Below are positions 8,025 to 16,042 of a stretch of DNA of 64,000 bases, piece after piece. The stretch covers positions 152,900-216,899 of IMG/VR virus record IMGVR_UViG_3300029288_004596; one strand, 5' to 3'. The stretch is from a virus (taxonomy: Duplodnaviria; Caudoviricetes). The notes beneath the pieces were generated by a model, which searched no databases, was not told the DNA's origin, and worked only from the letters and a program-made list of their open reading frames with translations. Both the position numbers and the translations under genes were made by a program. Every line of letters begins with the position of its first letter. Positions within the stretch are counted from its first letter, which is position 1.

Positions 8025-8172
8025 CTTGGACGTGTGCAATATTATTGAGGAGACTCTCCAGGCTTGGATTATATATGGCGGTTTGAGAAACTATACATTC
8101 CTAGCTGAGGTTCAAGATCTCTTGGAGTGGGAGCTACTTTATGAAGATGTCAGCAGGTGCCGCTATGGATAA
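8017..8172 (+). CDS. RxxxG array member 46
   Basis: MDSLDVCNIIE...SRCRYG*. Confidence 0.8.
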   Translation: MDSLDVCNIIEETLQAWIIYGGLRNYTFLAEVQDLLEWELLYEDVSRCRYG

Positions 8173-8326
8173 CCTCAGCACATTCGATATCCCAGTGATG
8201 GTAGAGTCCTACATAGATAAGATTAGGGAGAACATAGAGTATAACCTTCTTTCCATGGTTCTAGTGGACATGGATTGCAGAGGACTGTACTTCTTTCTCA
8301 ATGCGTACAGGGTGTACTATGGATAA
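8165..8326 (+). CDS. RxxxG array member 47
   Basis: MDNLSTFDIPVMVE...YRVYYG*. Confidence 0.8.
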   Translation: MDNLSTFDIPVMVESYIDKIRENIEYNLLSMVLVDMDCRGLYFFLNAYRVYYG

Positions 8327-8498
8327 CGTATATCAGATGTCAATGTCCAGGGTTGTTGAGTATAATATACAGGCTGAATATAATATTTCTTCTCGCCCCT
8401 TTGGATTTCGTTTCCTGAGGGTAGTTACTTGGTATCTTTATAATAGACCATCTGGAGGAGACCTCAGTAATCCAGAGTTCAGAGTATGGTACGGGTAA
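8319..8498 (+). CDS. RxxxG array member 48
   Basis: MDNVYQMSMSRVVE...FRVWYG*. Confidence 0.75.
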   Translation: MDNVYQMSMSRVVEYNIQAEYNISSRPFGFRFLRVVTWYLYNRPSGGDLSNPEFRVWYG

Positions 8499-8501
8499 CC
8501 T

Positions 8502-8666
8502 ATGTTATATGCTATAGCTAGGGATCTCTGTCACCTTATAGAGCTTTCCATTAGGGTAACTTATTCCACTGGCATTGATCTTAAAACTTCATCGAAAATT
8601 GCTTACTTCCTTGACTGTTACTATGACTATTATAATGACTCTGCCAGGAGGTGCTCTCATGGGTAG
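8502..8666 (+). CDS. RxxxG array member 49
   Basis: MLYAIARDLCHLIE...RRCSHG*. Confidence 0.75.
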   Translation: MLYAIARDLCHLIELSIRVTYSTGIDLKTSSKIAYFLDCYYDYYNDSARRCSHG

Positions 8667-8823
8667 CGATCTTTGCGCTGGGGTAGAAACTTGTATAGGA
8701 AACTATTATAGCGCTATATCTGATGTCATCTATAATTATGGGTCTACTCTCAGGTGGCTGTGCGTATACACTGACAAGGTGATGTGGACCTACTTGGAAG
8801 ACAGGAGGTGCAGGCATGGGTAG
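8659..8823 (+). CDS. RxxxG array member 50
   Basis: MGSDLCAGVE...RRCRHG*. Confidence 0.8.
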   Translation: MGSDLCAGVETCIGNYYSAISDVIYNYGSTLRWLCVYTDKVMWTYLEDRRCRHG

Positions 8824-9013
8824 TGATCTATGCGCTGGGATAGAGCGTTGCATAGGGAACTATTATGGCATTGTATCTAATGTCATTTTCTATTATGGGT
8901 CTACTCTCCGATGGGTGGGACCACATATTAATAAGATTACATGGATCTACAATGAGAGTATGTGGGATGATTCTTCAAGTCGTTTGAACTGGTACAGGTG
9001 CGTAGATGGATAA
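8816..9013 (+). CDS. RxxxG array member 51
   Basis: MGSDLCAGIE...YRCVDG*; recent duplicate of 50. Confidence 0.8.
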   Translation: MGSDLCAGIERCIGNYYGIVSNVIFYYGSTLRWVGPHINKITWIYNESMWDDSSSRLNWYRCVDG

Positions 9014-9281
9014 GTGTGCGTTCTTTGATGGCGTAGCTTATGCTCCTCTAGGAGGAGAACTCATCAAGTTTACCATGGCTATAAAGGGAGTCTTCCCATC
9101 CATGAATATGATAGTTTCCAGCCACCCTTGGTATGGAAGAGAAATCTATCTGGAGACATCACGCTGTCCATTCATAAGGGTTCCTGTTCCTGGAGTCCCT
9201 CCTTCCATAGAATCTTTATCAGAACTATATGGGAACCTCATATCTGTATGTGTCCCGGAAGCTAGGTGTATCAATGGATAA
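9006..9281 (+). CDS. RxxxG array member 52
   Basis: MDKCAFFD...ARCING*. Confidence 0.8.
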   Translation: MDKCAFFDGVAYAPLGGELIKFTMAIKGVFPSMNMIVSSHPWYGREIYLETSRCPFIRVPVPGVPPSIESLSELYGNLISVCVPEARCING

Positions 9282-9429
9282 ACCCATAGACAAATGCAAC
9301 TGGGTGGAGAAGTATATTACCTTGGCATGTGATGGGTTTCTACGTTTTGCCTATGTGAAATGGGCTGTGAGGGATCTTGATAATGTGGAACATGATGTCT
9401 CGGATCTCTTGAGGTGCCTCTATGGATGA
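9274..9429 (+). CDS. RxxxG array member 53
   Basis: MDKPIDKCNWVE...LRCLYG*. Confidence 0.8.
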   Translation: MDKPIDKCNWVEKYITLACDGFLRFAYVKWAVRDLDNVEHDVSDLLRCLYG

Positions 9430-9589
9430 AATATTGACCCCTGTAGATAAGTGCTCTTGGGTAGAGATGTATATCAAAGCTTGTGTAGTACACTTTATTA
9501 CTCTCCCCGCCACTAAGGAGGGTATAGGAGGTATTCCTAAAAGAGACTACACCTATTGCTCAGAGTATACTAGGTGCTGTGGTGGATAA
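9422..9589 (+). CDS. RxxxG array member 54
   Basis: MDEILTPVDKCSWVE...TRCCGG*. Confidence 0.8.
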   Translation: MDEILTPVDKCSWVEMYIKACVVHFITLPATKEGIGGIPKRDYTYCSEYTRCCGG

Positions 9590-9743
9590 GGTGGCTCTCT
9601 TGGAAGGACTTGTAAGTTGTTACTGGTATAACTCTAATGACCCTGACCCTTCCTGGGTGCTCAAAGAGTTGGAGGATCTCTCTGAGGAAGTAGTTCCCTT
9701 GAGTCAGTGGGATGAGGACATAACGAGGTGTGAGTTTGGATAA
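9582..9743 (+). CDS. RxxxG array member 55
   Basis: MDKVALLE...TRCEFG*. Confidence 0.75.
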   Translation: MDKVALLEGLVSCYWYNSNDPDPSWVLKELEDLSEEVVPLSQWDEDITRCEFG

Positions 9744-9891
9744 GCCTGTGTGGATAGAGCTTTGGCTTACTGGGCTGTTTCCTTGGCAGGTAGATAGCAT
9801 GAAGCTTTTTATAGAGTTGAGGGTATGGGACGACTCCTATAGGAAACATACTAGGAAGGACAGGGACCAAGAGAGATGTAAGAATGGATAA
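9736..9891 (+). CDS. RxxxG array member 56
   Basis: TTG start; MDKPVWIE...ERCKNG*. Confidence 0.75.
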   Translation: MDKPVWIELWLTGLFPWQVDSMKLFIELRVWDDSYRKHTRKDRDQERCKNG

Positions 9892-10033
9892 ATGCGTTTG
9901 GCTGGAAGGATGGCTTATATCCTTATATCCTAAGACAGAGGATGAATACAGGACGCTGGCTAACTGGATAGCTAAGGAGTTCTCAAAACCTCATAGGTCT
10001 GCTAATCCTACAGTAAGGTGTCAATTCGGGTAA
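9884..10033 (+). CDS. RxxxG array member 57
   Basis: MDKCVWLE...VRCQFG*. Confidence 0.8.
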   Translation: MDKCVWLEGWLISLYPKTEDEYRTLANWIAKEFSKPHRSANPTVRCQFG

Positions 10034-10221
10034 TGAAATACTATAGAGCTTCAACTTACCCAAGAGATTTGCCAGCTATTCTAGAAGAGATAATAACTGA
10101 TGGCATAGACTGCTATTCTTTTAATGACTTGTTCTCTTGTGAACCCCATCTCTATTGGGCGTATAGGGTTCTTTGTTGCCGTATAGAACTAGATAGTAGT
10201 GCGAGGGTTAGTGATGGCTGA
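10033..10221 (+). CDS. RxxxG array member 58
   Basis: MKYYRASTYPRDLPAILE...ARVSDG*. Confidence 0.75.
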   Translation: MKYYRASTYPRDLPAILEEIITDGIDCYSFNDLFSCEPHLYWAYRVLCCRIELDSSARVSDG

Positions 10222-10232
10222 CAGGAGGTTTC

Positions 10233-10514
10233 TTGGATAGATGCGCTTTCTTTGAAGGAGTATGTTCCTCCAAGTTTAAGGACAGATTCTATGCTGGGAC
10301 TATAGCTTTGGTAGGCGGATTATCAGTAAGAGTTTGGCTCTCCAACACTTTCCGTCTCCCCTTTGGGGTTTACAACATACACCTAGAGTCTCACTGCGAC
10401 TACTTCCATATAGTCATACAGGAAACCGCTAATCCCAGGATTGACCTTAATGAACTATTGTATGAGTTGTTCCTGGTAAATGCAGGAGACACTGTGAGGC
10501 TCTTTAATGGATAA
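10233..10514 (+). CDS. RxxxG array member 59
   Basis: AGGAGG SD, TTG start; MDRCAFFE...VRLFNG*. Confidence 0.8.
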   Translation: MDRCAFFEGVCSSKFKDRFYAGTIALVGGLSVRVWLSNTFRLPFGVYNIHLESHCDYFHIVIQETANPRIDLNELLYELFLVNAGDTVRLFNG

Positions 10515-10677
10515 GTGCGTGGCTATTGAGAAGAATATTAACCATTACCTGGATGACTATCTTCGGGTCCACTACTTTGACCTAATCGGTCAGTATGCAA
10601 ACTATTTAAAAAGGCTGGGTTCTCAAACTTGGATAGAACCCTCACAATCAGGTTCTGTAAGGGTGTATGATGGATAA
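10507..10677 (+). CDS. RxxxG array member 60
   Basis: MDKCVAIE...VRVYDG*. Confidence 0.8.
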   Translation: MDKCVAIEKNINHYLDDYLRVHYFDLIGQYANYLKRLGSQTWIEPSQSGSVRVYDG

Positions 10678-10840
10678 GTGTGAGGCTATTGAGTTTAACA
10701 TCCTTGAATATATAGAGGTATACTATAGGTATGATTACTCCACCCTCTTCGAGGTTATAAAGGAAGTCATAGAAGATGTGCTTAGGATTGACTGGGAAAA
10801 TCAGGAGATCCTCGATACAGTGAGAGTGTATGATGGATAG
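10670..10840 (+). CDS. RxxxG array member 61
   Basis: MDKCEAIE...VRVYDG*. Confidence 0.8.
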   Translation: MDKCEAIEFNILEYIEVYYRYDYSTLFEVIKEVIEDVLRIDWENQEILDTVRVYDG

Positions 10841-11009
10841 ATGTGAGACTATTGAGACATCTATTGGTTACTATGTAAAGGACTATTTTGGAAATAGAGA
10901 CTCTGAGTTTACCAAATTTTACGTGTGGTGTATTGAGAAAGCAGCCTCTCCTGATTGGATTGAGTCTCGCCACTTACTCCTAGATTCTGTAAGGGTGCAC
11001 GATGGATAG
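10833..11009 (+). CDS. RxxxG array member 62
   Basis: MDRCETIE...VRVHDG*. Confidence 0.8.
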   Translation: MDRCETIETSIGYYVKDYFGNRDSEFTKFYVWCIEKAASPDWIESRHLLLDSVRVHDG

Positions 11010-11166
11010 GTGTGATATTATTGAGGACAACATCTCTTACTATGTGAACACCTACTATGTTTACGGATACAGTATGGAAATGGTTAAGGGAATTCTTGAT
11101 GAGGTCCTAGCACCTAGCTGGGTTACTCCTGATATGCCTGACTCAGTAAGGATAGATGATGGATAA
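11002..11166 (+). CDS. RxxxG array member 63
   Basis: MDRCDIIE...VRIDDG*. Confidence 0.8.
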   Translation: MDRCDIIEDNISYYVNTYYVYGYSMEMVKGILDEVLAPSWVTPDMPDSVRIDDG

Positions 11167-11335
11167 GTGTGTGGCAATAGAGAGTAACATTCAGGAGTAC
11201 TTATATTATACCTCAGGAAAAGAGATTGATGTTTATGGTTTAGCTGGGATTGCTCTGTCTCTCATCAAGGAGGTTCAGTCCCCTGACTGGAAAGCTCTTG
11301 ATCAGCCCAATTATATGAGGGTGCGCAATGGATAA
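11159..11335 (+). CDS. RxxxG array member 64
   Basis: MDKCVAIE...MRVRNG*. Confidence 0.8.
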   Translation: MDKCVAIESNIQEYLYYTSGKEIDVYGLAGIALSLIKEVQSPDWKALDQPNYMRVRNG

Positions 11336-11609
11336 GTGTGTTATAGTAGAAGACGCTCTCTTCTATGATGACTGTTATGATGAGGTTCCAGACTTCTATG
11401 GGGACTTCCTAGAAGGTCTTATTGAGTATGGCATTCGTATTCAGACTAACCTCTGGACTCATAAGAGCAGGTTCACATACTATAATGGGAAGCCTGGTCC
11501 TTGGTTTGCCACCAAAGGTCTGGATATCTGGGGTCTAAGGGACAAGGTCATGGGGTACCTTGTTGGGGTAGCTTATCTGGATCCAAATTTCAGGTGTGAG
11601 AATGGATAA
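11328..11609 (+). CDS. RxxxG array member 65
   Basis: MDKCVIVE...FRCENG*. Confidence 0.8.
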   Translation: MDKCVIVEDALFYDDCYDEVPDFYGDFLEGLIEYGIRIQTNLWTHKSRFTYYNGKPGPWFATKGLDIWGLRDKVMGYLVGVAYLDPNFRCENG

Positions 11610-11766
11610 GTGCGCTGTCACTGAAAGATATATTATTCACTGCATGTTTCTATATCAGGATGATTGGGACTCTGCGAGTACTGTGGTCATCCTTATTAAA
11701 GAGGTACACTCCCCAGACTGGGTGGAACCCGAGTTCCCAGACGCGTCGAGGAACTACAATGGATAG
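11602..11766 (+). CDS. RxxxG array member 66
   Basis: MDKCAVTE...SRNYNG*. Confidence 0.8.
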   Translation: MDKCAVTERYIIHCMFLYQDDWDSASTVVILIKEVHSPDWVEPEFPDASRNYNG

Positions 11767-11944
11767 ATGCACTTTCTTGGAGACAACCCTTATCTACTAT
11801 GATGGGCCTTTCAGACAATACCTTCTGAGTCGTTGGAAGATGTATAGGGAAGAGGATATGATTTATGTTCCCCCTATACCTGATGTTGTCTTTGTTCCCA
11901 ATAGACTTAGCTTAGATGATGAACTCAGGTGCGTGTATGGATAA
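11759..11944 (+). CDS. RxxxG array member 67
   Basis: MDRCTFLE...LRCVYG*. Confidence 0.8.
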   Translation: MDRCTFLETTLIYYDGPFRQYLLSRWKMYREEDMIYVPPIPDVVFVPNRLSLDDELRCVYG

Positions 11945-12116
11945 GTGTCTTATTATAGAAAGTGTTATCTTTCAATCTCTGCGTCAGGTCCGAGATCTTG
12001 CCAATGTTGGAAAAGAGGCTAACCTCTCTTTTGCTGTGTCTTATATTAATAACCATGGGGGCTGGCTTAAGCCCAGGGAAAGAAGGACAAGCGAGTATAG
12101 GTGTAGAAGTGGATAA
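11937..12116 (+). CDS. RxxxG array member 68
   Basis: MDKCLIIE...YRCRSG*. Confidence 0.8.
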   Translation: MDKCLIIESVIFQSLRQVRDLANVGKEANLSFAVSYINNHGGWLKPRERRTSEYRCRSG

Positions 12117-12402
12117 ATGTTCTATTCTAGAAGATGTCTTGTATACTGGTCATATCAATGACTGTCATACTCTGTTCCAGATAAGGAAGATTCTTCCCAG
12201 AGTGCTTAGCGAATACCTTGCTACTCTGCACTTTAATGCTATGACTAGGAAGGTGTACTATACAATAAACTATCCTGGAATGCTTTATCACTCTGTTGAG
12301 TTCGTTCCTGAACTCTCTCTTATTGAGGAACTAGAAAAGCTCTGTCTCCTCTATAAGGACTGGCTTGTATACAGTCCAGTTTGGAAGTGCGAGTTTGGGT
12401 AG
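12109..12402 (+). CDS. RxxxG array member 69
   Basis: GTG start; MDKCSILE...WKCEFG*. Confidence 0.8.
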   Translation: MDKCSILEDVLYTGHINDCHTLFQIRKILPRVLSEYLATLHFNAMTRKVYYTINYPGMLYHSVEFVPELSLIEELEKLCLLYKDWLVYSPVWKCEFG

Positions 12403-12438
12403 ACAACTAGTACAGCCTGTACTGCCCTGGGGATTGCT

Positions 12439-12606
12439 ATGTTCTTAAGTTTCTGTTCAATAATAGAAGACTACATAAGCAGCGGTTTTTATATCCGAAA
12501 GGAACACAACCCTATGGCCAGGCTCCGCAAGGGACTAGAGATAGAAGCTAGGTTTCTGTTCCTGGAGGAGGGTTGTGATGCCGACGTGAGGGTAGAGTAT
12601 GGATAG
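12439..12606 (+). CDS. RxxxG array member 70
   Basis: MFLSFCSIIE...VRVEYG*. Confidence 0.7.
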   Translation: MFLSFCSIIEDYISSGFYIRKEHNPMARLRKGLEIEARFLFLEEGCDADVRVEYG

Positions 12607-12862
12607 GTGCGCAGTCTACGAGTACATCTCAGCCTATGGACGGCGTGAGGTTCGTTATGGTATAATACAGTTTGCTCTGCATAACTTTGGTCCTGTATAC
12701 TGGGACAACTACTATATTGGAGAGCTTCATACTATTGAACTGAAGAAGGATCCTCGCTCTGTTATTGCGATTGAAATTCACTGTGGGGAGGGTGTTGAGG
12801 AAGCTGTCAACTCTCTTCTATCGAATACATTACCGCCCAATGTAAGGGCGCACTCAGGATGA
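12599..12862 (+). CDS. RxxxG array member 71
   Basis: MDRCAVYE...VRAHSG*. Confidence 0.8.
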   Translation: MDRCAVYEYISAYGRREVRYGIIQFALHNFGPVYWDNYYIGELHTIELKKDPRSVIAIEIHCGEGVEEAVNSLLSNTLPPNVRAHSG

Positions 12863-12866
12863 TGCA

Positions 12867-13598
12867 ATGGAAAAAATCTACGAAGTTATTAAAGCTCATG
12901 ATCACATGGAGTTGGCTTCTATAGCTAATACTGAAAGGGATACCCTTTCCAGGTACTCTGAGATCATGGATCGCCCACTGAATATGGCAGCCAGAGAAGG
13001 CTGTATAGACTGTTGCGCTACCCTTGTGGCAGCGGGAGCTCCTGTAGGTCATGGTTCTATAGATGACATAGGAGTTTTCTCAGCTCTCTTTGTAGCGGCT
13101 GGAGCCGATAAGTTAGAGTGCTTCAAGTGGCTGGCAGAGCATGGATTTCCTATGGATCCTACTCCCTGCTCCTGCGAGTTCACTCCTTTCACTTACGCTA
13201 TCTACAAGTCTTCAAGGAGCGTCTTTGATTATCTTATAGACAGGGTGGATGTAAACTTCTCCGCTCCAAGAGGATATCCTCCTCTCACAGTGGCTCTTCT
13301 GCATGCCTCTGACGCTATCTACTATGCCAACAGGCTCCTGGAAAAGGGAGCTGATGTTCATGGCAAGGACCAGAATGGGAATATCCTTTTCAAGAACTCC
13401 AACGGAGAAATTAACTCCATAAGATGGCATGTTCCATTTACTGCGGCTGCGGCCAAAGGACATGTGGAGATAATGAAGGCTCTTGTGGAGAAGGGCGTGG
13501 ACGTGCATGTCAAAGGATTTGACAGGGATGCTATGGCTTGCGCCAAGATGACTCAGGCTCAGGCGGCTATCAACTGTCTCAAAGAATTAGGTTACTAA
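12867..13598 (+). CDS. ankyrin-repeat protein
   Basis: PLNMAAREG, TPFTYAI, LLEKGADVH, PFTAAAAKGHVEIMKALVEKGVDVH ankyrin-like repeats. Confidence 0.88.
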   Translation: MEKIYEVIKAHDHMELASIANTERDTLSRYSEIMDRPLNMAAREGCIDCCATLVAAGAPVGHGSIDDIGVFSALFVAAGADKLECFKWLAEHGFPMDPTPCSCEFTPFTYAIYKSSRSVFDYLIDRVDVNFSAPRGYPPLTVALLHASDAIYYANRLLEKGADVHGKDQNGNILFKNSNGEINSIRWHVPFTAAAAKGHVEIMKALVEKGVDVHVKGFDRDAMACAKMTQAQAAINCLKELGY

Positions 13599-13608
13599 GG
13601 AGGATACA

Positions 13609-14706
13609 TTGGGAGTTACTGTTAAAGAATGTGCCGGCATCCTAGGCAAGATGATGGATGCGGCTATAGAATCTGGGGACCCAAAGATGTTCCCAACTAC
13701 TATGCTCTGGGGACCTCCAGGCATAGGCAAGTCCAGCATTATAAGGCAGGTGGCTGAGGAAAGGAACATAGGTTTCAGAGATGTCAGGTTGTCCCTGGTT
13801 AATCCTGTGGACCTGAGAGGTTTGCCCATTCCTAACAAGGAGCACACCACAGCCAACTGGATTCCTCCAGTGTTTCTTCCTAATGAGGATGATAACCCTG
13901 TGGGAATACTGTTCCTGGATGAATATAATGCGGCTAGGGAGTTTGTGCAGGTAGCCGCTCTCCAGTTAATCCTGGATAAGGCTATTGGAGAATATGTCAT
14001 GCCTCCCATGTGGTTTATAGTGGCCGCTGGAAATAGGGTCACTGACCATGTCTATGTCCAGAAGATGAGTAGCGCTCATGGAAATAGAATGGTGCACCTG
14101 GACATAGAAGCGGATCTTCCAACCTGGAGGAACTGGGCCTATGAACATGACGTGCATCCTTTAGTCATGGGTTTTGTTCAGCTGTTCCCCCATTTCTTTA
14201 TGCAGGAACCCGGCAACGCTACTGGCGGAACCGCTATAACTGCTGACTATAAGGGATTCTGCACTCCCAGGTCCTGGGCTGTGGCTTCTAGAATGTACTC
14301 TGTATTCAGAGGAGCTGAGGACAGGATTCTTTATGAGATACTGGGTGGAACTGTGGGACCAGAAGCTGCTGGTCAGTTTGTGGCTTTCTCTAAGATAGAA
14401 GAAGCCCTTCCTGACTTTGGACAGATACTGGATGGAACTGCCCGTGGAGAGATTGCTAAGGATGACCCAGCTATATCCTGGAGTTGCATCTCTGGTATGG
14501 TGGGAACATTGCTTAGAAGGAATCCTTTGGACGCTAGATCCATGTCAAACTTTATGGGTTGGCTGACTACGTGGCTGGCCAGCGAGTTTCAGACCAGTGC
14601 TATGGTTGAGCTGGTGCACTCAGGAAGATGGAATGAACTTGTAATGTTCGCTCCTGTCTCTGAGTGGTACGAAGAGAACGGGAAATATTTAAAGGCTAAC
14701 ATATGA
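13609..14706 (+). CDS. MoxR-like AAA+ ATPase
   Basis: Walker A GPPGIGKS, DLRGLP, Walker B LFLDE, AAGN, TPRSW; AAGGAGG SD with TTG start. Confidence 0.9.
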   Translation: MGVTVKECAGILGKMMDAAIESGDPKMFPTTMLWGPPGIGKSSIIRQVAEERNIGFRDVRLSLVNPVDLRGLPIPNKEHTTANWIPPVFLPNEDDNPVGILFLDEYNAAREFVQVAALQLILDKAIGEYVMPPMWFIVAAGNRVTDHVYVQKMSSAHGNRMVHLDIEADLPTWRNWAYEHDVHPLVMGFVQLFPHFFMQEPGNATGGTAITADYKGFCTPRSWAVASRMYSVFRGAEDRILYEILGGTVGPEAAGQFVAFSKIEEALPDFGQILDGTARGEIAKDDPAISWSCISGMVGTLLRRNPLDARSMSNFMGWLTTWLASEFQTSAMVELVHSGRWNELVMFAPVSEWYEENGKYLKANI

Positions 14707-15818
14707 ACGCTGCCGAGTATGTAAAGTGGGCTATTAACCAGATGATTCAGAGGCATCCATGGTTTGGGGTTATAGCTATGTATATTCCTGTAAAGGAAGA
14801 CCCCAAGATAGAGACTGCCGCTACTGATGGAAGGATTCTTATGTACTGCCCAGAGTTTATTGAGAAGGTGGCTACAGAGTATTCTCCTCAGCATGTGGTT
14901 TCCCTCATGATGCATGAGATACTCCATATCGCCTTAAAGCATCCTTCCAGAAAGATGGGAAGGATTCATGATCTCTGGAATATAGCCTGCGATATAGCTG
15001 TAGACTACATAATAAAGTCTTCAGGAATGCCCACTATGGAGATACTGGATCCTGAGACTGGGGAGCCCGCTTATGCTGAGTTTGACAATCTCTCAGCCGA
15101 AGTTATATACGCTAAGCTTCTAAGGCACGCTAAGATAGTATTGGTGGGGGGACCTGGCAACCATGATGAGTGGGGAACCTGCGAGTTTGATGTGGGAACG
15201 CTGGACCAGGTTATAAGGACAGCCAATGCTGTAGCTAGAAGAGCTGGGAAGATGCCCGGGTCTCTGGAATCTATGGTGGATAAAGCTCTGGCTCCCAAAG
15301 TCAACTGGAGGGAAGTGCTCCATAGATTCGTGGAGCCCAAGGCCGCTGACTATGACCTTATACCTCCAGACAGGAGATACCTGAATGAGATATATGATTA
15401 CGTGTATCTCCCTGATCTCAAGGAGTATGAGGAGATAACCAATATTATAATAGCGGTGGACACCTCAGGTTCCATAACTGATGATTTGCTTTCCCAGTTT
15501 CTGGGAGAGATCTTCTCTATAAAGGCTATGAGTCCCACTATCGCTATGAAGATAATAACATGTGACTGCGAGGTTCATGATGTCTTTGACGTGGATGGAG
15601 AAATGCCTAAGATAACCTTCAAGGGTAGGGGAGGAACCTCCTTTGTCCCTGTCTTTAAGGATATAGAGACTAAGAAGAGAGACCCCAAAGCCTTGATATA
15701 TTTAACTGACGCCTATGGGAACTTTCCTGTCAAGGCTCCGGAATATCCAGTGCTGTGGGTCATCTCTAATGAAGACGAACACGTTATTCCTTTTGGAGAA
15801 GTTGTGAGGCTGGTATGA
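14703..15818 (+). CDS. metallopeptidase-like + vWA domain protein (DUF2201-like), MoxR partner
   Basis: TAATDG, HEILH (HExxH), MIDAS DTSGS, GRGGT, YLTD. Confidence 0.88.
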   Translation: MNAAEYVKWAINQMIQRHPWFGVIAMYIPVKEDPKIETAATDGRILMYCPEFIEKVATEYSPQHVVSLMMHEILHIALKHPSRKMGRIHDLWNIACDIAVDYIIKSSGMPTMEILDPETGEPAYAEFDNLSAEVIYAKLLRHAKIVLVGGPGNHDEWGTCEFDVGTLDQVIRTANAVARRAGKMPGSLESMVDKALAPKVNWREVLHRFVEPKAADYDLIPPDRRYLNEIYDYVYLPDLKEYEEITNIIIAVDTSGSITDDLLSQFLGEIFSIKAMSPTIAMKIITCDCEVHDVFDVDGEMPKITFKGRGGTSFVPVFKDIETKKRDPKALIYLTDAYGNFPVKAPEYPVLWVISNEDEHVIPFGEVVRLV

Positions 15819-16042
15819 GAATAGAAGACGCCCTTGATGAGTTAGAAGGGATGCTTCTAATAGATGGTCCTCAAGGCGTCAGCAAATACCTTGAAGGCCT
15901 CATAGAAATTCATCCCGATCCTTTTCGCCTTGTGTCCAACAGGCTGGATAGGTTAGTCCCGGGCTGGAAGAATGACAAGACTGCCATATCTACAGCCACT
16001 ATAGCCGCCAGCGTCATGTTCATGGTGATGAGCGATGGATAA
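15815..16042 (+). CDS. hypothetical protein
   Basis: coupled ORF (ATGA overlap). Confidence 0.65.
   Translation: MRIEDALDELEGMLLIDGPQGVSKYLEGLIEIHPDPFRLVSNRLDRLVPGWKNDKTAISTATIAASVMFMVMSDG

Larger units (their letters stand above)
827..12862 (+). repeat. tandem array of 71 small paralogous ORFs (DxCxxxE ... RxxxG-stop family)
   Basis: degenerate junction repeat approx. TACAGGTGY-N4-ATGG(A/G)TA(A/G)...AT(C/A)TG(C/T)-N9-GA(G/A) recurring every 120-290 nt; each unit hand-translated as an intact ORF. Confidence 0.95.

Noticed and set aside
1353-12402. Longer N-terminal versions given in the ORF track (e.g. 1353, 2749, 3710, 4153, 7776, 11660, 11962)
   Set aside because: The extensions overlap the preceding array member in another frame; the true starts coincide with the conserved junction.
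827-12862. CRISPR array
   Set aside because: The repeats are degenerate with codon-like variation, the intervening segments are 120-290 nt open reading frames, and there is no cas operon.
827-12862. One long repeat protein made by programmed frameshifting or stop-codon recoding
   Set aside because: Junctions use TAA, TAG and TGA and all three frame relations. Each unit has its own start codon and usually an SD-like site. Core genes read normally in the standard code.
827-12862. Integron cassette array or diversity-generating retroelement
   Set aside because: There are no attC-like palindromes or intergenic space, no integrase or reverse transcriptase in the window, and no template/variable repeat pair differing only at adenines.
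827-12862. Decayed pseudogene region
   Set aside because: All 71 units are open from motif to motif with no internal stops.
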